Source: a virus (lineage: Duplodnaviria; Caudoviricetes). Taken from it: a DNA stretch of 64,000 nt. The translations under genes were made by a program, and so were the position numbers. Below the pieces are notes generated by a model that worked only from the letters and a program-made list of their open reading frames with translations, made no database searches and was not told where the DNA came from. Of this stretch, positions 21,684 through 31,295 are shown piece after piece (position 1 is the stretch's first letter; every line of letters begins with the position of its first letter). The stretch spans positions 38,919 through 102,918 of IMG/VR virus record IMGVR_UViG_2795385551_000010; one strand, 5' to 3'.

Positions 21684-22537
21684 AGCAACCTATGTTTCTT
21701 TGGAGCATTCAACGTTTCCTCAACGTCCTCCAACGTCAAAAGCCTATTCGCGTAACAGCACGCAACAATCCCCGTAATATCCGTAGACACGCTCTTACGG
21801 AGAAACCCCCACTGCTCAAGCTCCGGCTTACCAATCGGATACTTAGCCGCACCCGCTAAACAATCGAAAAGCGACTCATCGTCCAAATGAGTCAACTTCC
21901 TATCAACAATGTCCGTGTAGAACTGGCCCGTAGCCTGCGCAATGTCCTGCGTACCGAAATAGCGGACCTTCAACCCGATCTGCTCAAGCTCCGGACCAAA
22001 CGCACCCGCGCTCGCACCGGCCTGGACCACCACAGCGGCCGGAGGCTTAGACGACGCCAACAACCGCTGCATCGTCGGAATCACCCACGCCGTACCCGCG
22101 TTAGCAGCCACAACCTCGATATGCGACCTAGAGTCATTCCGCTTACCGGCGATAGCGATAGACGCCCACCCCTGATCAGGGGCCACGTCCACACAGGCCA
22201 CCAGTAGCCCCACATCGACCACCGGGGCACGCTTGCCGCCGTCCGGGTCATCGACATCATCGAGCTTGCACGCTTCCCAAGCCTCGAAAGGAATCACCGA
22301 ATTCATGCGCGGGTCATCCCACATGCCCAAGTGCTCGCGAGCGAACTGCTGGATGGACATCTTTACTTCAAAGTCTTCACGCAATGCGCTAACAGGAGCA
22401 ATGCCCTTAACACCAAGCGACGGATTAGCGACCTTCCAATTCTCAAACTCAGCAGGATCACTACCCTCAGCGCACGACCATTCCGCGAAAAGGAACGGCG
22501 GAGTTTCCGTAGTCTCATCATCAATTACGGCAGTCAC
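21680..22537 (-). CDS. Terminase large subunit, C-terminal nuclease half
   Basis: WKVANPSLG, FAREHLGMWD, CVDVAPD, DITGIVA. Confidence 0.85.
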   Translation of the reverse strand: MTAVIDDETTETPPFLFAEWSCAEGSDPAEFENWKVANPSLGVKGIAPVSALREDFEVKMSIQQFAREHLGMWDDPRMNSVIPFEAWEACKLDDVDDPDGGKRAPVVDVGLLVACVDVAPDQGWASIAIAGKRNDSRSHIEVVAANAGTAWVIPTMQRLLASSKPPAAVVVQAGASAGAFGPELEQIGLKVRYFGTQDIAQATGQFYTDIVDRKLTHLDDESLFDCLAGAAKYPIGKPELEQWGFLRKSVSTDITGIVACCYANRLLTLEDVEETLNAPKKHRLL

Positions 22538-23280
22538 GCCGCCCCCAAATTCGCGAGCGTCATCCCGTACTCGCGCATACGCTTCAACACGTCCGAATCG
22601 TCAGTACCGGCCGAAGTCGTCAACCAAGTCTGCGGATTCTTAGACGCCTGCTGTAGCGGCGACAGAGAACCCATCATGTCGTCATCGAGCGCGAAAGCCT
22701 CGTCAAGAATCATCAAATCGACGCGGGTACGACCACGCTTAGCGTTCTTACCGCGCGCTACATAGTGGATAAACCCGCCCGAAGTCTTATGGACAACCGA
22801 AAGCTCAGCCGCCCCGATCTTGTGAGGTAGCTTGCATTCGTCCTCTAGTTCCTCGTCGCCAGCGATAATCGCCGTCAACTCACGGTGCGCGTCCTTAGCG
22901 GTATCGAACTCGTGCGCAGAGTGCATAATGCGCTCGCCCAGCAGATACAAACCCGCCAACTGGCGCGCGTAAACGCACACATTTTTTCCATTTTGGCGAG
23001 GTGCGATCAAGCAACAGGTAGAAGAGGTCCATGACCAGGTGACACCGTTAGTGAGCTTGTCAATTTCCGAGTCGCCGGTAGAGTCGCCCTTTTGACCTAG
23101 CGATTCCCTAACGATTAGTTCTTGCCAAGGCAGCAGATCCAAGCCGAACTGGTTACACAAGTCGATAGCGTCATCGCCTAGAGTGGTGAAATACGCCGGG
23201 AAGTGCTCAATGCGTGGCCGCTGAGCGCCGATTAGTCCCTGATGGCGAGTATTCGTCTCCGGCTCCAACAAAGCCGTCAT
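22534..23280 (-). CDS. Terminase large subunit, N-terminal ATPase half
   Basis: LLPWQ, Walker A PRQNGKN, Walker B LMILDEA, motif III TSAG. Confidence 0.9.
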   Translation of the reverse strand: MTALLEPETNTRHQGLIGAQRPRIEHFPAYFTTLGDDAIDLCNQFGLDLLPWQELIVRESLGQKGDSTGDSEIDKLTNGVTWSWTSSTCCLIAPRQNGKNVCVYARQLAGLYLLGERIMHSAHEFDTAKDAHRELTAIIAGDEELEDECKLPHKIGAAELSVVHKTSGGFIHYVARGKNAKRGRTRVDLMILDEAFALDDDMMGSLSPLQQASKNPQTWLTTSAGTDDSDVLKRMREYGMTLANLGAA

Positions 23281-23288
23281 AATCCCCC

Positions 23289-23564
23289 CTACAAAATGAG
23301 GGACGCGCCCCCTAAACTCGGCAACCCGGCATCCGCCCGGTGTCTAAAGAACAGGTATTCGCCCTCATAGTCCGGATTCATTTCTTCCGCGACCTCGCGC
23401 GACCACTCGCGCGCCTCCCTGCGCCTACGAATACGCCGCGACAAATCGACATTCCGGCCACTGCTACGACGGTGCCCATTCACCCGGCCGCGTTCGCACG
23501 CACATTTCCAGCCATAGAAACAAAACAAAGGCTCACGAACGTGACGCCCCAACATCCGGGCCAC
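23289..23564 (-). CDS. Small basic hypothetical protein
   Basis: Tightly packed ORF; similar to 34311-34535. Confidence 0.55.
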   Translation of the reverse strand: MARMLGRHVREPLFCFYGWKCACERGRVNGHRRSSGRNVDLSRRIRRRREAREWSREVAEEMNPDYEGEYLFFRHRADAGLPSLGGASLIL

Positions 23565-23939
23565 TTAGCCCGCCTTACTCGCCCGCTGACGAGCAGCACG
23601 CTTAGCCGCCAACTCATCGCGCGCAGACTTACCCGGCGCTTTCGGCTTAGGCAGCTCAGCCAAGCCCATCTTCGCCAACACCTGCGCCAACGCCCCGTAC
23701 TGCATCCGATGCTCCGCGATAAGCGGGTTAATGGTCTCCGTCCCCTGGTGATTAATCACCGTCAACCGATCCCCGATACGCTCAACCAAATCGTCAAGCC
23801 GATCAGCGATACGGCACGCATTAAGCAACAGCGCCCGAGACGCCGCATTCATCGGCCGACCCGCAGCCACACCGGCCCACAGATCCCGGCCCGACTCCCC
23901 CAACTCCATCGGAATCGGAACGTCCGGAGTAGTCATCAT
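23565..23939 (-). CDS. Terminase small subunit
   Basis: LGESGRDLW...NACRIADRLD...INPLIAEHR. Confidence 0.85.
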   Translation of the reverse strand: MMTTPDVPIPMELGESGRDLWAGVAAGRPMNAASRALLLNACRIADRLDDLVERIGDRLTVINHQGTETINPLIAEHRMQYGALAQVLAKMGLAELPKPKAPGKSARDELAAKRAARQRASKAG

Positions 23940-24420
23940 CGCCCCCCGTCAAAACAGACTGATAAACACGCTCAGCCCGGCCGAACACCGGCAACAGCGC
24001 ATCATTAATCTCAACCTCATCAAGAATCACCACGTCGAAATAGCAGCCCCGCCCCGAGGACCGCACAGAGATAAACCGAATCGACCCACCCGACGCGAAC
24101 TCAATCCGCCACTGGCCATTAGCCCGATAAGTCTTAGAGACCAGACCGAACCAAGGCAGTTCCAACAACGCGCTCTCAGATTCAAAGAACCAATGCCGAG
24201 CCATTCGCAAATCTGGGCAGAAATACGCGACCCGCTTACCCTTGGCAGCCGCCAGAATCGCGGTATCGCGCAACAGATGCGACTTACCCGCCTGCCGGTC
24301 CCCCGACACCTGAATGAAATTCAACGAATCCCCCGATTCATCTCGATACCCCGCGACCTGCGGGTTTAAAAGTGCGACCAGCGGTTTTCCAGCACCCATC
24401 TCGACGCCGCTCCGGCCCAT
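23821..24420 (-). CDS. Second, short terminase-ATPase-like protein
   Basis: GDRQAGKS Walker A; IEFASGGSIRF...GRG...DVVILDE Walker B. Confidence 0.7.
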   Translation of the reverse strand: MGRSGVEMGAGKPLVALLNPQVAGYRDESGDSLNFIQVSGDRQAGKSHLLRDTAILAAAKGKRVAYFCPDLRMARHWFFESESALLELPWFGLVSKTYRANGQWRIEFASGGSIRFISVRSSGRGCYFDVVILDEVEINDALLPVFGRAERVYQSVLTGGDDDYSGRSDSDGVGGVGPGSVGRCGCGSADECGVSGAVA

Positions 24421-24445
24421 TTCGTCGGGAGAGAGAGGGGTCGCT

Positions 24446-24455
24446 GGCCGTTCGA
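24446..24455 (-). other. Candidate cohesive-end (cos) site TCGAACGGCC
   Basis: Non-coding, just upstream of the terminase cluster at the strand switch; resembles the 10-nt 3' overhangs of some mycobacteriophages (from memory, e.g. TCGATCAGCC). Confidence 0.35.
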
Positions 24456-24589
24456 GGAGTGCGCTGCCGACGTTGCGGGGTACCCCCCCACCCCTTTAAC
24501 AGGTGTCGTGAGCTGCTATTTTGTAGCTAATTAGCTATTTGAGGCGTTAGCTGAGACCTTGTGTTTTGCCTATGCGGTTTTCGAGGGGT

Positions 24590-25020
24590 CAACGCTGTGG
24601 CCTGCGTGTATGCGTAGTGTTTGGGTGTTTGCAGGCAAACATGCTGGTCAAGGGCACGGTTACACATACATGGCTGTTAGCTGCGTGCATGTGTGGGCAT
24701 TGTTAACTAGCTCTGGGTGTATGCGCAGTTCAACGCGCGTTTATGTGCTCACGCCGGCGGTTGCTGTGTGCATGTATGTGCAGGTCATGGGGCTAAGCGC
24801 TAAGGCGTACCTGTAGGGGTATGCGTGCGTAGGCATGGCTATATGGGCGTGTGCCTGTACAGCCCTCTACGTGCATGCGGGTATGTGCACCCATGTGCAG
24901 GTGGGCTAGTGGCTTAGCGTGCGATCTAGAGCCCGATACGGGGCATGTATGCGGTATGCAGCGCGTACCTATGGGGGTGGGCTATACGTGTGCTCTGCCG
25001 TGCTTACCAGCCAATACACA
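24590..25020. repeat. Low-complexity alternating purine-pyrimidine repeats (GTGCATGT / GTATGCG)
   Basis: Many degenerate copies, e.g. gtgtatgcgt, gtgcatgtgtg, gtgcatgtatgtgca, gcatgtatgcggtatgca. Confidence 0.6.
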
Positions 25021-25038
25021 CGGGTTTAGCGTTAAGCG

Positions 25039-25068
25039 TTGCGCTTACGGGTACGTGCTGTGTACCGT
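25039..25068 (+). promoter_or_regulatory. SigA-like promoter, copy 1
   Basis: TTGCGC-18 bp (with GGGTACG..GTG)-TACCGT. Confidence 0.75.
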
Positions 25069-25105
25069 CAGCGTCACCAACCACACCACCGAAGGGCTAG
25101 CCCAA

Positions 25106-25654
25106 ATGAACATCACTGAGATTGAAAGCAGCGACGGCGTTACCCGTGTCCACGTAAAGGGCAAGGGCATTGACGGTATCGCCAAGGTAAGTATTTTGCC
25201 GACGACCATTAAGCGTGAAACACGCTGGGATGGGAATACGTCTATCGACTTTCCCGCTTTCACTACCGCACGCCTTGTTTTGACTTTCGCCCCCAATGAA
25301 CTGACGGTCAACGGTAAGCAGTACGACCGATACGAGCACGGCACATTTGAGCCTGACCGTGTGGCCTCATGGCACAAAGACGTTCGCGACATGCTCACTG
25401 ATACGGGTGTCCAGCGGGTCGGGTACCGGGCAAGTGTTGGTTACAGCCAATTGACTGATAGTGCGCGCGAAAAGGTGGCCCAGGCGGTAACGCTCGCTGC
25501 CGATACGTACATGACCACGGAAGCGACAAAGCGCGCGCTCGTGGCAGAAGCTAAGGGACAGCTTGACGACGCCGATAAGGCGCACCGAGCCACCGGCAAG
25601 GCATTGACCGACGCCGTTAACCACCTGCACAATATGGAAGCGCTGGGACAGTAG
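25106..25654 (+). CDS. Hypothetical protein
   Basis: ATG after GAAGGG RBS, downstream of promoter. Confidence 0.7.
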   Translation: MNITEIESSDGVTRVHVKGKGIDGIAKVSILPTTIKRETRWDGNTSIDFPAFTTARLVLTFAPNELTVNGKQYDRYEHGTFEPDRVASWHKDVRDMLTDTGVQRVGYRASVGYSQLTDSAREKVAQAVTLAADTYMTTEATKRALVAEAKGQLDDADKAHRATGKALTDAVNHLHNMEALGQ

Positions 25655-25882
25655 ACCATGGTGACCTACTCATTTACCGCGCGGACTATTACGCGCACCG
25701 TAGAACGCAATACCGACGGCGTGCCAGTGCGTCAGTCAGTGAGCGTCCGATTCCGTGCGCTGCCCGTTCTGTTGGCCGCGATTCTCAGCGATAGGACACG
25801 CTAACCATGCGAAACATTCAGCGCGCTACCGCCGCGATCTGCCTAACCGTATTCGGGTCAGCGTTTCTAGTAATCGCTGGCC

Positions 25883-26150
25883 TATGACCGGAAGACACCC
25901 CCAAAGTTCACACATGCGCCGTAATCGGTTGGTCTTGCGCCGTATGGGCATTCCTGCTGATTATCGGCATGTCTCGCGACTAGTAAGGACTACTTACGTG
26001 AGTATCGCTGACGTTGCGCGCATTCAGACAAAACACACAATCAAGGCTTTCATGGTCGACAAACTCGACGTACCCGCTGACCAGGCCGACAAACTCGCTA
26101 AGCAGCTCACACGGATTCTCATCGAAACCGGCTGCCTTAAAGACCGCTAG
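25883..26150 (+). CDS. Hypothetical protein
   Basis: ORF in plus-strand operon. Confidence 0.45.
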
Positions 26151-26183
26151 ACATACCCGCTGACTTGCTGAAATACCTAAGAC

Positions 26184-26213
26184 TTGCGCTAAGGGGTACG
26201 TGGCGTGTACCCT
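26184..26213 (+). promoter_or_regulatory. SigA-like promoter, copy 2
   Basis: TTGCGC-18 bp (GGGTACG..GTG)-TACCCT. Confidence 0.75.
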
Positions 26214-26260
26214 ACGAATTACCAACCACACACACGGATCAACCACCCGGAAGGCCAAAC

Positions 26261-27454
26261 ATGACCGCGACCATTGACCCCACAATCACCTACATTAAGC
26301 ACTCCAAGCGCACCCTACGTACGCCATGCCCGGATTGCGGCGCGATGAACCTTTACAAAGGGCATGTGGTGGCCGATGACTATTGGTGCGACGATTGCGG
26401 TACCCGTGTCGGTGACGACGTTCTGCTGGACTATGACGGCACCGTGCATTCATGCAATCCGGTTCCCGTGATTACCACGGCTCAACCGCCGCGTGAGCCC
26501 ATGGCCGCTATCACGGCAGCACCCGCACCCGCTCCGGCCGGTAACGTCGACCCTGATAAGGCACAGGCGGCAATGGCGGCATTGCAGTCCATCTTTGCGG
26601 CACCCGCGATTGACCGTGAGGAAGTTGAACGTATCGCCCGTGAGGTAGTGACGGGTGTCGTGTACCCGACGCGCACAGTCGTTATCAAAGACGGTGTTTC
26701 TCGCGAGCTTGACGAGACAACGCACCGGCAGTTCGCAGACGTGCTTACCGCGCTGGCGTCGGGCGAGAATCTGCAACTCATCGGTGGTCCGGGTGTCGGT
26801 AAGACTCATCTGTCCGCGCAGGTGGCTAAGGCTCTAGACCTCAAGTTCTACGCAATAAACTTTCATTTGCAGTCAACGGCGTCAGAACTGCGTGGCTACA
26901 ACGACGCTATGGGCAATTTCGTGCCTACCGTCGTCTCTGACTGGGCATCTAACCCCGATGGCGGCGTTCTTCTCTTGGACGAACTCGACCGTGCTCACGC
27001 GGGCATTCAGGCCGGTTTGAACTCGCTTCTCGGTAACCGCTTTATCACCTTGCCGAACCGTGAAACTGTTCACCTGACGGACAAGCACATTGCGGTTGCT
27101 TGCACCAACACGGACGGCACCGGCCCGACGCGCGAGTATCCGGCAGCACAGCCGTTTAGCGCTGAATTCCGTGATCGGTTCCTCGCGATGACCATTGAGA
27201 TTGACGAGGCTATCGAACACGCGGCCGCGATGGCTAAGGGTGCCAGCGAGCAGGAAACCAGGCGGGTTGTCGAGTACGTGCGCAAGATCCGTAAGACTGT
27301 GCAGGATCGGGCAATTGTGGGTGTTCTGGTGACCCCTCGCGCTTCGCAGAAGATGGCCGCATTGATTGCGCATGGTGCCAGTTTTGAGCAAGCCGTTTCG
27401 TGGGCTATCCGCAAGGGAATGGACGATGAGTCTTGGGCGAGGCTTACCGCTTAG
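26261..27454 (+). CDS. MoxR/CbbQ/CobS-type AAA+ ATPase with N-terminal Zn ribbon
   Basis: GGPGVGKT, LLLDELD, CTNT, FRDRF; CPDC...CDDC. Confidence 0.85.
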   Translation: MTATIDPTITYIKHSKRTLRTPCPDCGAMNLYKGHVVADDYWCDDCGTRVGDDVLLDYDGTVHSCNPVPVITTAQPPREPMAAITAAPAPAPAGNVDPDKAQAAMAALQSIFAAPAIDREEVERIAREVVTGVVYPTRTVVIKDGVSRELDETTHRQFADVLTALASGENLQLIGGPGVGKTHLSAQVAKALDLKFYAINFHLQSTASELRGYNDAMGNFVPTVVSDWASNPDGGVLLLDELDRAHAGIQAGLNSLLGNRFITLPNRETVHLTDKHIAVACTNTDGTGPTREYPAAQPFSAEFRDRFLAMTIEIDEAIEHAAAMAKGASEQETRRVVEYVRKIRKTVQDRAIVGVLVTPRASQKMAALIAHGASFEQAVSWAIRKGMDDESWARLTA

Positions 27455-27503
27455 GCGGTAAGTCACCCATTAACCAACCAGTCACAACCCTAAGGATTTA
27501 GCA

Positions 27504-28364
27504 ATGGACGAAAAGCGTCACGGCAACTATTTGCAGTACACGTTTGACTCATACGGGGAATTCGTGCAATTCAACCGTGAACGTCAAAACTCTGACCTGA
27601 ACACTCAGATAGTCGCGTATGCCGGTTACGGCAGTGACTTTGTGGGTGGTGTCCAGAATCTAGAGGAAGTAATCACCCTCGCAGAAAAGGGCATGCGTAA
27701 GGAAGGCATTGCCGCTATCAACGGTGCCAAACTCAAGATGAGTGAGGTAGCGCGCGATCTGGACACCTTTAAGTCTGTGCCCTACGCGGATGTTTCGGGC
27801 GCATACGTGAACATTGCCGACTATCTGTCAGGTGTTCCCGAGTGCATGACCGACTACCGCATTGACCCCACTACGCAATCACAGCCAACCGTGTCCTTAG
27901 TGATCGCTTGTGCGGTGCTGGGCACTGTGGAGGCCGATGCAATTACTAAGCGTGGTCGCACGCTGGTTGCGTTGATCGATGCTATTCAGTCGGCCGGTAA
28001 GACAGTCGAATTGTGGGCCGACATGACGAGTAACAGCGGATGGGGTGAACCCAAGTACACGGCACGGTTTTCTATCAAGCTCAAGTCAGCTAGCGCACCG
28101 CTCGACGTTGCAACCCTCATGTACGCGATGACGCACCCTAGTTTCTTCCGTGGCCTCGGTTTCAACACGCGGCACACACTGCCGTACAAGTGGCAGCGGG
28201 CAATGGGTGTTGGACATGGTTACGGCTCAACTGTGCACGAGGCCGAATACATCGAACGGGATTACCCCGAGGGTGCAATCTTCATACCTGCGCTACAGGA
28301 TGGCGATGACCCCGACGCAATTCTTACTTCCACGCTGCGCACTCTTGGCCTACTTAAGGACTGA
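27504..28364 (+). CDS. vWA-like partner of the AAA+ ATPase
   Basis: Adjacent to AAA gene; GAYVNIADYLSGVPECM and HPSFFRGLGF resemble phage CobT-like partners. Confidence 0.6.
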   Translation: MDEKRHGNYLQYTFDSYGEFVQFNRERQNSDLNTQIVAYAGYGSDFVGGVQNLEEVITLAEKGMRKEGIAAINGAKLKMSEVARDLDTFKSVPYADVSGAYVNIADYLSGVPECMTDYRIDPTTQSQPTVSLVIACAVLGTVEADAITKRGRTLVALIDAIQSAGKTVELWADMTSNSGWGEPKYTARFSIKLKSASAPLDVATLMYAMTHPSFFRGLGFNTRHTLPYKWQRAMGVGHGYGSTVHEAEYIERDYPEGAIFIPALQDGDDPDAILTSTLRTLGLLKD

Positions 28365-28367
28365 ATA

Positions 28368-28583
28368 ATGAATCTTGTAACCGAAAGTAACCGGGTCTCA
28401 CTACTCGGCTACCCGACCAAATCGGATGAGACCGTGATCGTGGAAGGCGTAAACATAAGTCAAGCAATCCAGATCACGAGTTTCCTACAACTCGCATTCC
28501 CTCATCATTGTTCAAGCATTGAAACGGTTAATGCGCCGGATGATTATCCGTTCGGTGAGCGATGGAAGGCGGGCCGCTGGTGA
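28368..28583 (+). CDS. Hypothetical protein
   Basis: Tightly coupled ORF. Confidence 0.5.
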   Translation: MNLVTESNRVSLLGYPTKSDETVIVEGVNISQAIQITSFLQLAFPHHCSSIETVNAPDDYPFGERWKAGRW

Positions 28584-28762
28584 AAATCACAACCAAGCAC
28601 CTCATATATCGCAAGACAACGTTTAACATCTTCCGCCAATCAATTGACTATCAAGACGATATGGACACGAAAAGGGGTCGCATTCAGACCGTGCGCTCGC
28701 TCCGTATTTTCGGCGTACTCATCGTCTGGTAACAGACCAACCAACCACAGACAGGGCCAATC

Positions 28763-29173
28763 ATGACCACCACAACCACCACTGAGACCGTCCCGGTAAG
28801 CATTCACAGCGAGCTAGCCAACCAACTAGTAGAGGCAGCACAGCGACTCATCGGCAACACCGGATGGCGCTGGCACAACGGCAACCGCTGGGCATGCGTA
28901 ACACCCGAAGTATCAGACGAGACCCGCACCCGTGTAGGTCACATGCTTATCGACGCAATCGACCCTGCCGGAGCCTACAAATACGAGGCACCCGCGCAAC
29001 CGCTCACCATTGATCAGGTGAGTGACGCTATCGACGCATACCTAGAGCTTGACCCGAGCGACGACGCCGAGGAATCCACGGCGTTTATCATCGCACTTAC
29101 TCTTGCGGGTCTGGGTATAAGCTCCGCTCCGGTGGAATATTCTGCACAGCTTATTAATCGCAAGGTGGGCTAA
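28763..29173 (+). CDS. Hypothetical protein
   Basis: ATG after ACCAACCAC motif and RBS. Confidence 0.6.
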   Translation: MTTTTTTETVPVSIHSELANQLVEAAQRLIGNTGWRWHNGNRWACVTPEVSDETRTRVGHMLIDAIDPAGAYKYEAPAQPLTIDQVSDAIDAYLELDPSDDAEESTAFIIALTLAGLGISSAPVEYSAQLINRKVG

Positions 29174-29410
29174 CTGAAATGTATTGCATCGAGTGCTACA
29201 TAACAGACGGCGAATTCAAAGGATCACATTTCGTGGTAAACGGACAATCCGTATGCGTGGACCACGTACGCAACGCTTGTAAAAACCCCAGCGGCTACAC
29301 GCGCGTACCGGCACGCTTAAGGGAACCGGGTGATAGATAAGCGGTAATGGTTGGTAGCTAGTCCGCTTTAATCGGTCACAGTTTCTATTCGTCGCGGACT
29401 GTGACCGGTT

Positions 29411-29719
29411 ATGGCAGACCAGAAAGCACCGGAAAGGAGACTGGAAATGCGTAAAGAATATTTTTTAGGCAACGCACGTAAGCGCCGCGCGCATCTCGTC
29501 TGGGTAGATGATTGGCCGGAAGCCGATGAAACCGGCCTCTATTACGTGCCGCGCGTGTTCTACGGCCGTAGATTCGACAACAGCTTGGCCAGCCCTGATT
29601 ACGCCATACAGCTAGGGCAAGCGCTGGTAGCGGCCGGGCTGCGTGCTAAGCAGCTGGACGCTAACCGCAGTAAGCGACCGCGCCGGTACTTCCGCTACCG
29701 GACTAAGCAAGGCACGTAA
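29411..29719 (+). CDS. Hypothetical protein
   Basis: AAAGGAG RBS before the internal ATG (MRKEY). Confidence 0.55.
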   Translation: MADQKAPERRLEMRKEYFLGNARKRRAHLVWVDDWPEADETGLYYVPRVFYGRRFDNSLASPDYAIQLGQALVAAGLRAKQLDANRSKRPRRYFRYRTKQGT

Positions 29720-29730
29720 GCGTGTTCCTC

Positions 29731-29985
29731 ATGGCACGCAGCCCGGCCGGGTACCGTACCCCTATGGCCGAACCCGTCGACCCCGCCCTACAGCGCGTAG
29801 CGCGCCTACACCAAGCCGCAGAAGACGCCGTGCTCGCTTTCTACGACGAGATACGCCGCGCCAACCGGCAAGGCTATGGATACAAACGACTAGAACAAGT
29901 AATCGACCTATCACGCGGCACACTGCAAAAAATCATTGACGACAAAAACCCGCGATTCACGGTATACCCACAAATCAACGCATAA
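29731..29985 (+). CDS. HTH DNA-binding protein
   Basis: GYGYKRLEQVIDLSRGTLQKII helix-turn-helix pattern. Confidence 0.65.
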   Translation: MARSPAGYRTPMAEPVDPALQRVARLHQAAEDAVLAFYDEIRRANRQGYGYKRLEQVIDLSRGTLQKIIDDKNPRFTVYPQINA

Positions 29986-29998
29986 AACCATAAAACCA

Positions 29999-30028
29999 TT
30001 GCGTAATAGGGTACGCGCGGTGTACTGT
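29999..30028 (+). promoter_or_regulatory. SigA-like promoter, copy 3
   Basis: TTGCGT-18 bp (GGGTACG..GTG)-TACTGT. Confidence 0.75.
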
Positions 30029-30060
30029 AAAAGCACCACCACGAAAGGCGTACAAATGCC

Positions 30061-30261
30061 ATGATCACATTGCACACCACACAGATACTCGCATGCGAGA
30101 TAGAACCCGACGACGAGGTTGTTATCCGTGGGGAAATCCGCGGATTCGTTAAAACCGTCGAGTACCGGCGCAAGGCGACAGGTAAGCGCGTCATTCGAGT
30201 CACACTAATCAATGGACTCTGGTTTCAGCGGCACCCGAATGACCTTGTTCACGTGCTCTAG
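30061..30261 (+). CDS. Small hypothetical protein
   Basis: Follows promoter copy 3 and GAAAGG RBS. Confidence 0.55.
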   Translation: MITLHTTQILACEIEPDDEVVIRGEIRGFVKTVEYRRKATGKRVIRVTLINGLWFQRHPNDLVHVL

Positions 30262-30339
30262 ACGTCACAGTGACAAAACGTAGCCACACCCAACCAACCA
30301 CACCGCACAGCTTTAAATCAACAAGGTGACCAAACCAAA

Positions 30340-30588
30340 ATGCTCACAGGTATCGCCATCGTCTTTTTCGGCTTCACCGCCGCATTCATCGCAGCCGGAG
30401 CGTACTGGAAACTCGCCCAGCAAGAAATCGAACACGACCGAAAAATAGCCCGCCTCGAAGTTGCCGCCGAACAGCTAGCCGAAGAAATGGCCGACGAACA
30501 AAGGCAACTAGGCTTCCAAGAAGGATACGAATACGTTGAAAAGTTCTACAACTCTAAGCCACGCGGCAAGAAGCCCACGCATGCCTAA
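30340..30588 (+). CDS. Membrane-anchored coiled-coil protein
   Basis: N-terminal hydrophobic helix. Confidence 0.6.
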   Translation: MLTGIAIVFFGFTAAFIAAGAYWKLAQQEIEHDRKIARLEVAAEQLAEEMADEQRQLGFQEGYEYVEKFYNSKPRGKKPTHA

Positions 30589-30760
30589 GGTAAACCGTGC
30601 CGTAGCCGCAGCACTAATGGCCGAAGAAAAACTAGAACTAGTCCGCGAAAAGTCACGCCTCATGCGCGAAATTAAAACCGGACAGGACCGTATAGACGTG
30701 ATCAACACTCGGCTTGACCAAATCAAGCAAGGTGAAGACATCTTAGGAATACGAACGTGA
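30581..30760 (+). CDS. Small coiled-coil protein
   Basis: Overlaps both neighbours. Confidence 0.5.
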   Translation: MPKVNRAVAAALMAEEKLELVREKSRLMREIKTGQDRIDVINTRLDQIKQGEDILGIRT

Positions 30761-31155
30761 GCGAGCTTCCGCACCGTCGATACCCCTGCGCCGAGTGCCC
30801 TTGGCGACGTGACACACCAGCAGGCATGTTCCCCGCCCATAGATACGAGGCTCTACGCCACACCACCGGCACGGCCGGGCATGAAGCTCCGCTAGGTTCA
30901 CCCATGTTCGCCTGCCACAAGAGCGCTGAGGGCCAGGAACAGGCATGCGCGGGCTGGCTCGCGGTCGGCGGTATCGAACATATCGGAGTGCGGCTCGCTG
31001 TAGCCTGTGGCGAATTGCCGGCAAAAGCTCTTAACCCTGGTGAGGACTGGCCTCCCCTGTTCAACAGCTACACGGAGATGGCCGCAACCCAAGCTCCCAC
31101 GGATGGACTCGAACCACCAACCACCCCGTTAACAGCGGGACGCTCTGCCAATTGA
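30757..31155 (+). CDS. DUF6283-like Cys-rich protein
   Basis: PCAECPWRRD...FACHKS...CAGWL. Confidence 0.7.
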   Translation: MSELPHRRYPCAECPWRRDTPAGMFPAHRYEALRHTTGTAGHEAPLGSPMFACHKSAEGQEQACAGWLAVGGIEHIGVRLAVACGELPAKALNPGEDWPPLFNSYTEMAATQAPTDGLEPPTTPLTAGRSAN

Positions 31156-31166
31156 GCTACGAAGGA
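31094..31166 (-). tRNA. tRNA-Asn(GTT)
   Basis: Cloverleaf, loop CTGTTAA, GTTCGAGTC T-loop. Confidence 0.9.
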
Positions 31167-31295
31167 ATGAAATGAACCGTATGGACCTAACCCCGGACAG
31201 TAAGGGCATGGCCCGGTGGGCACGGAAGGTGCTAGCCGAAGCTCCAGAGGGAAGCAACGACGCCAACACCGCCCGCAAGGTACTTGTCGAACTTG

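Noticed and set aside
133-24008. Many long plus-strand ORFs (e.g. 12126-13112, 17136-18161) and similar ones later (56606-57853)
   Set aside because: Antisense shadows of high-GC minus-strand genes; Arg/Pro/Ser-rich with no motifs
24559-25105. ORF 24559-24816 and the N-terminal extension of 24851-25654
   Set aside because: Translations of the RY repeat region; the real start is at 25106, after promoter and RBS
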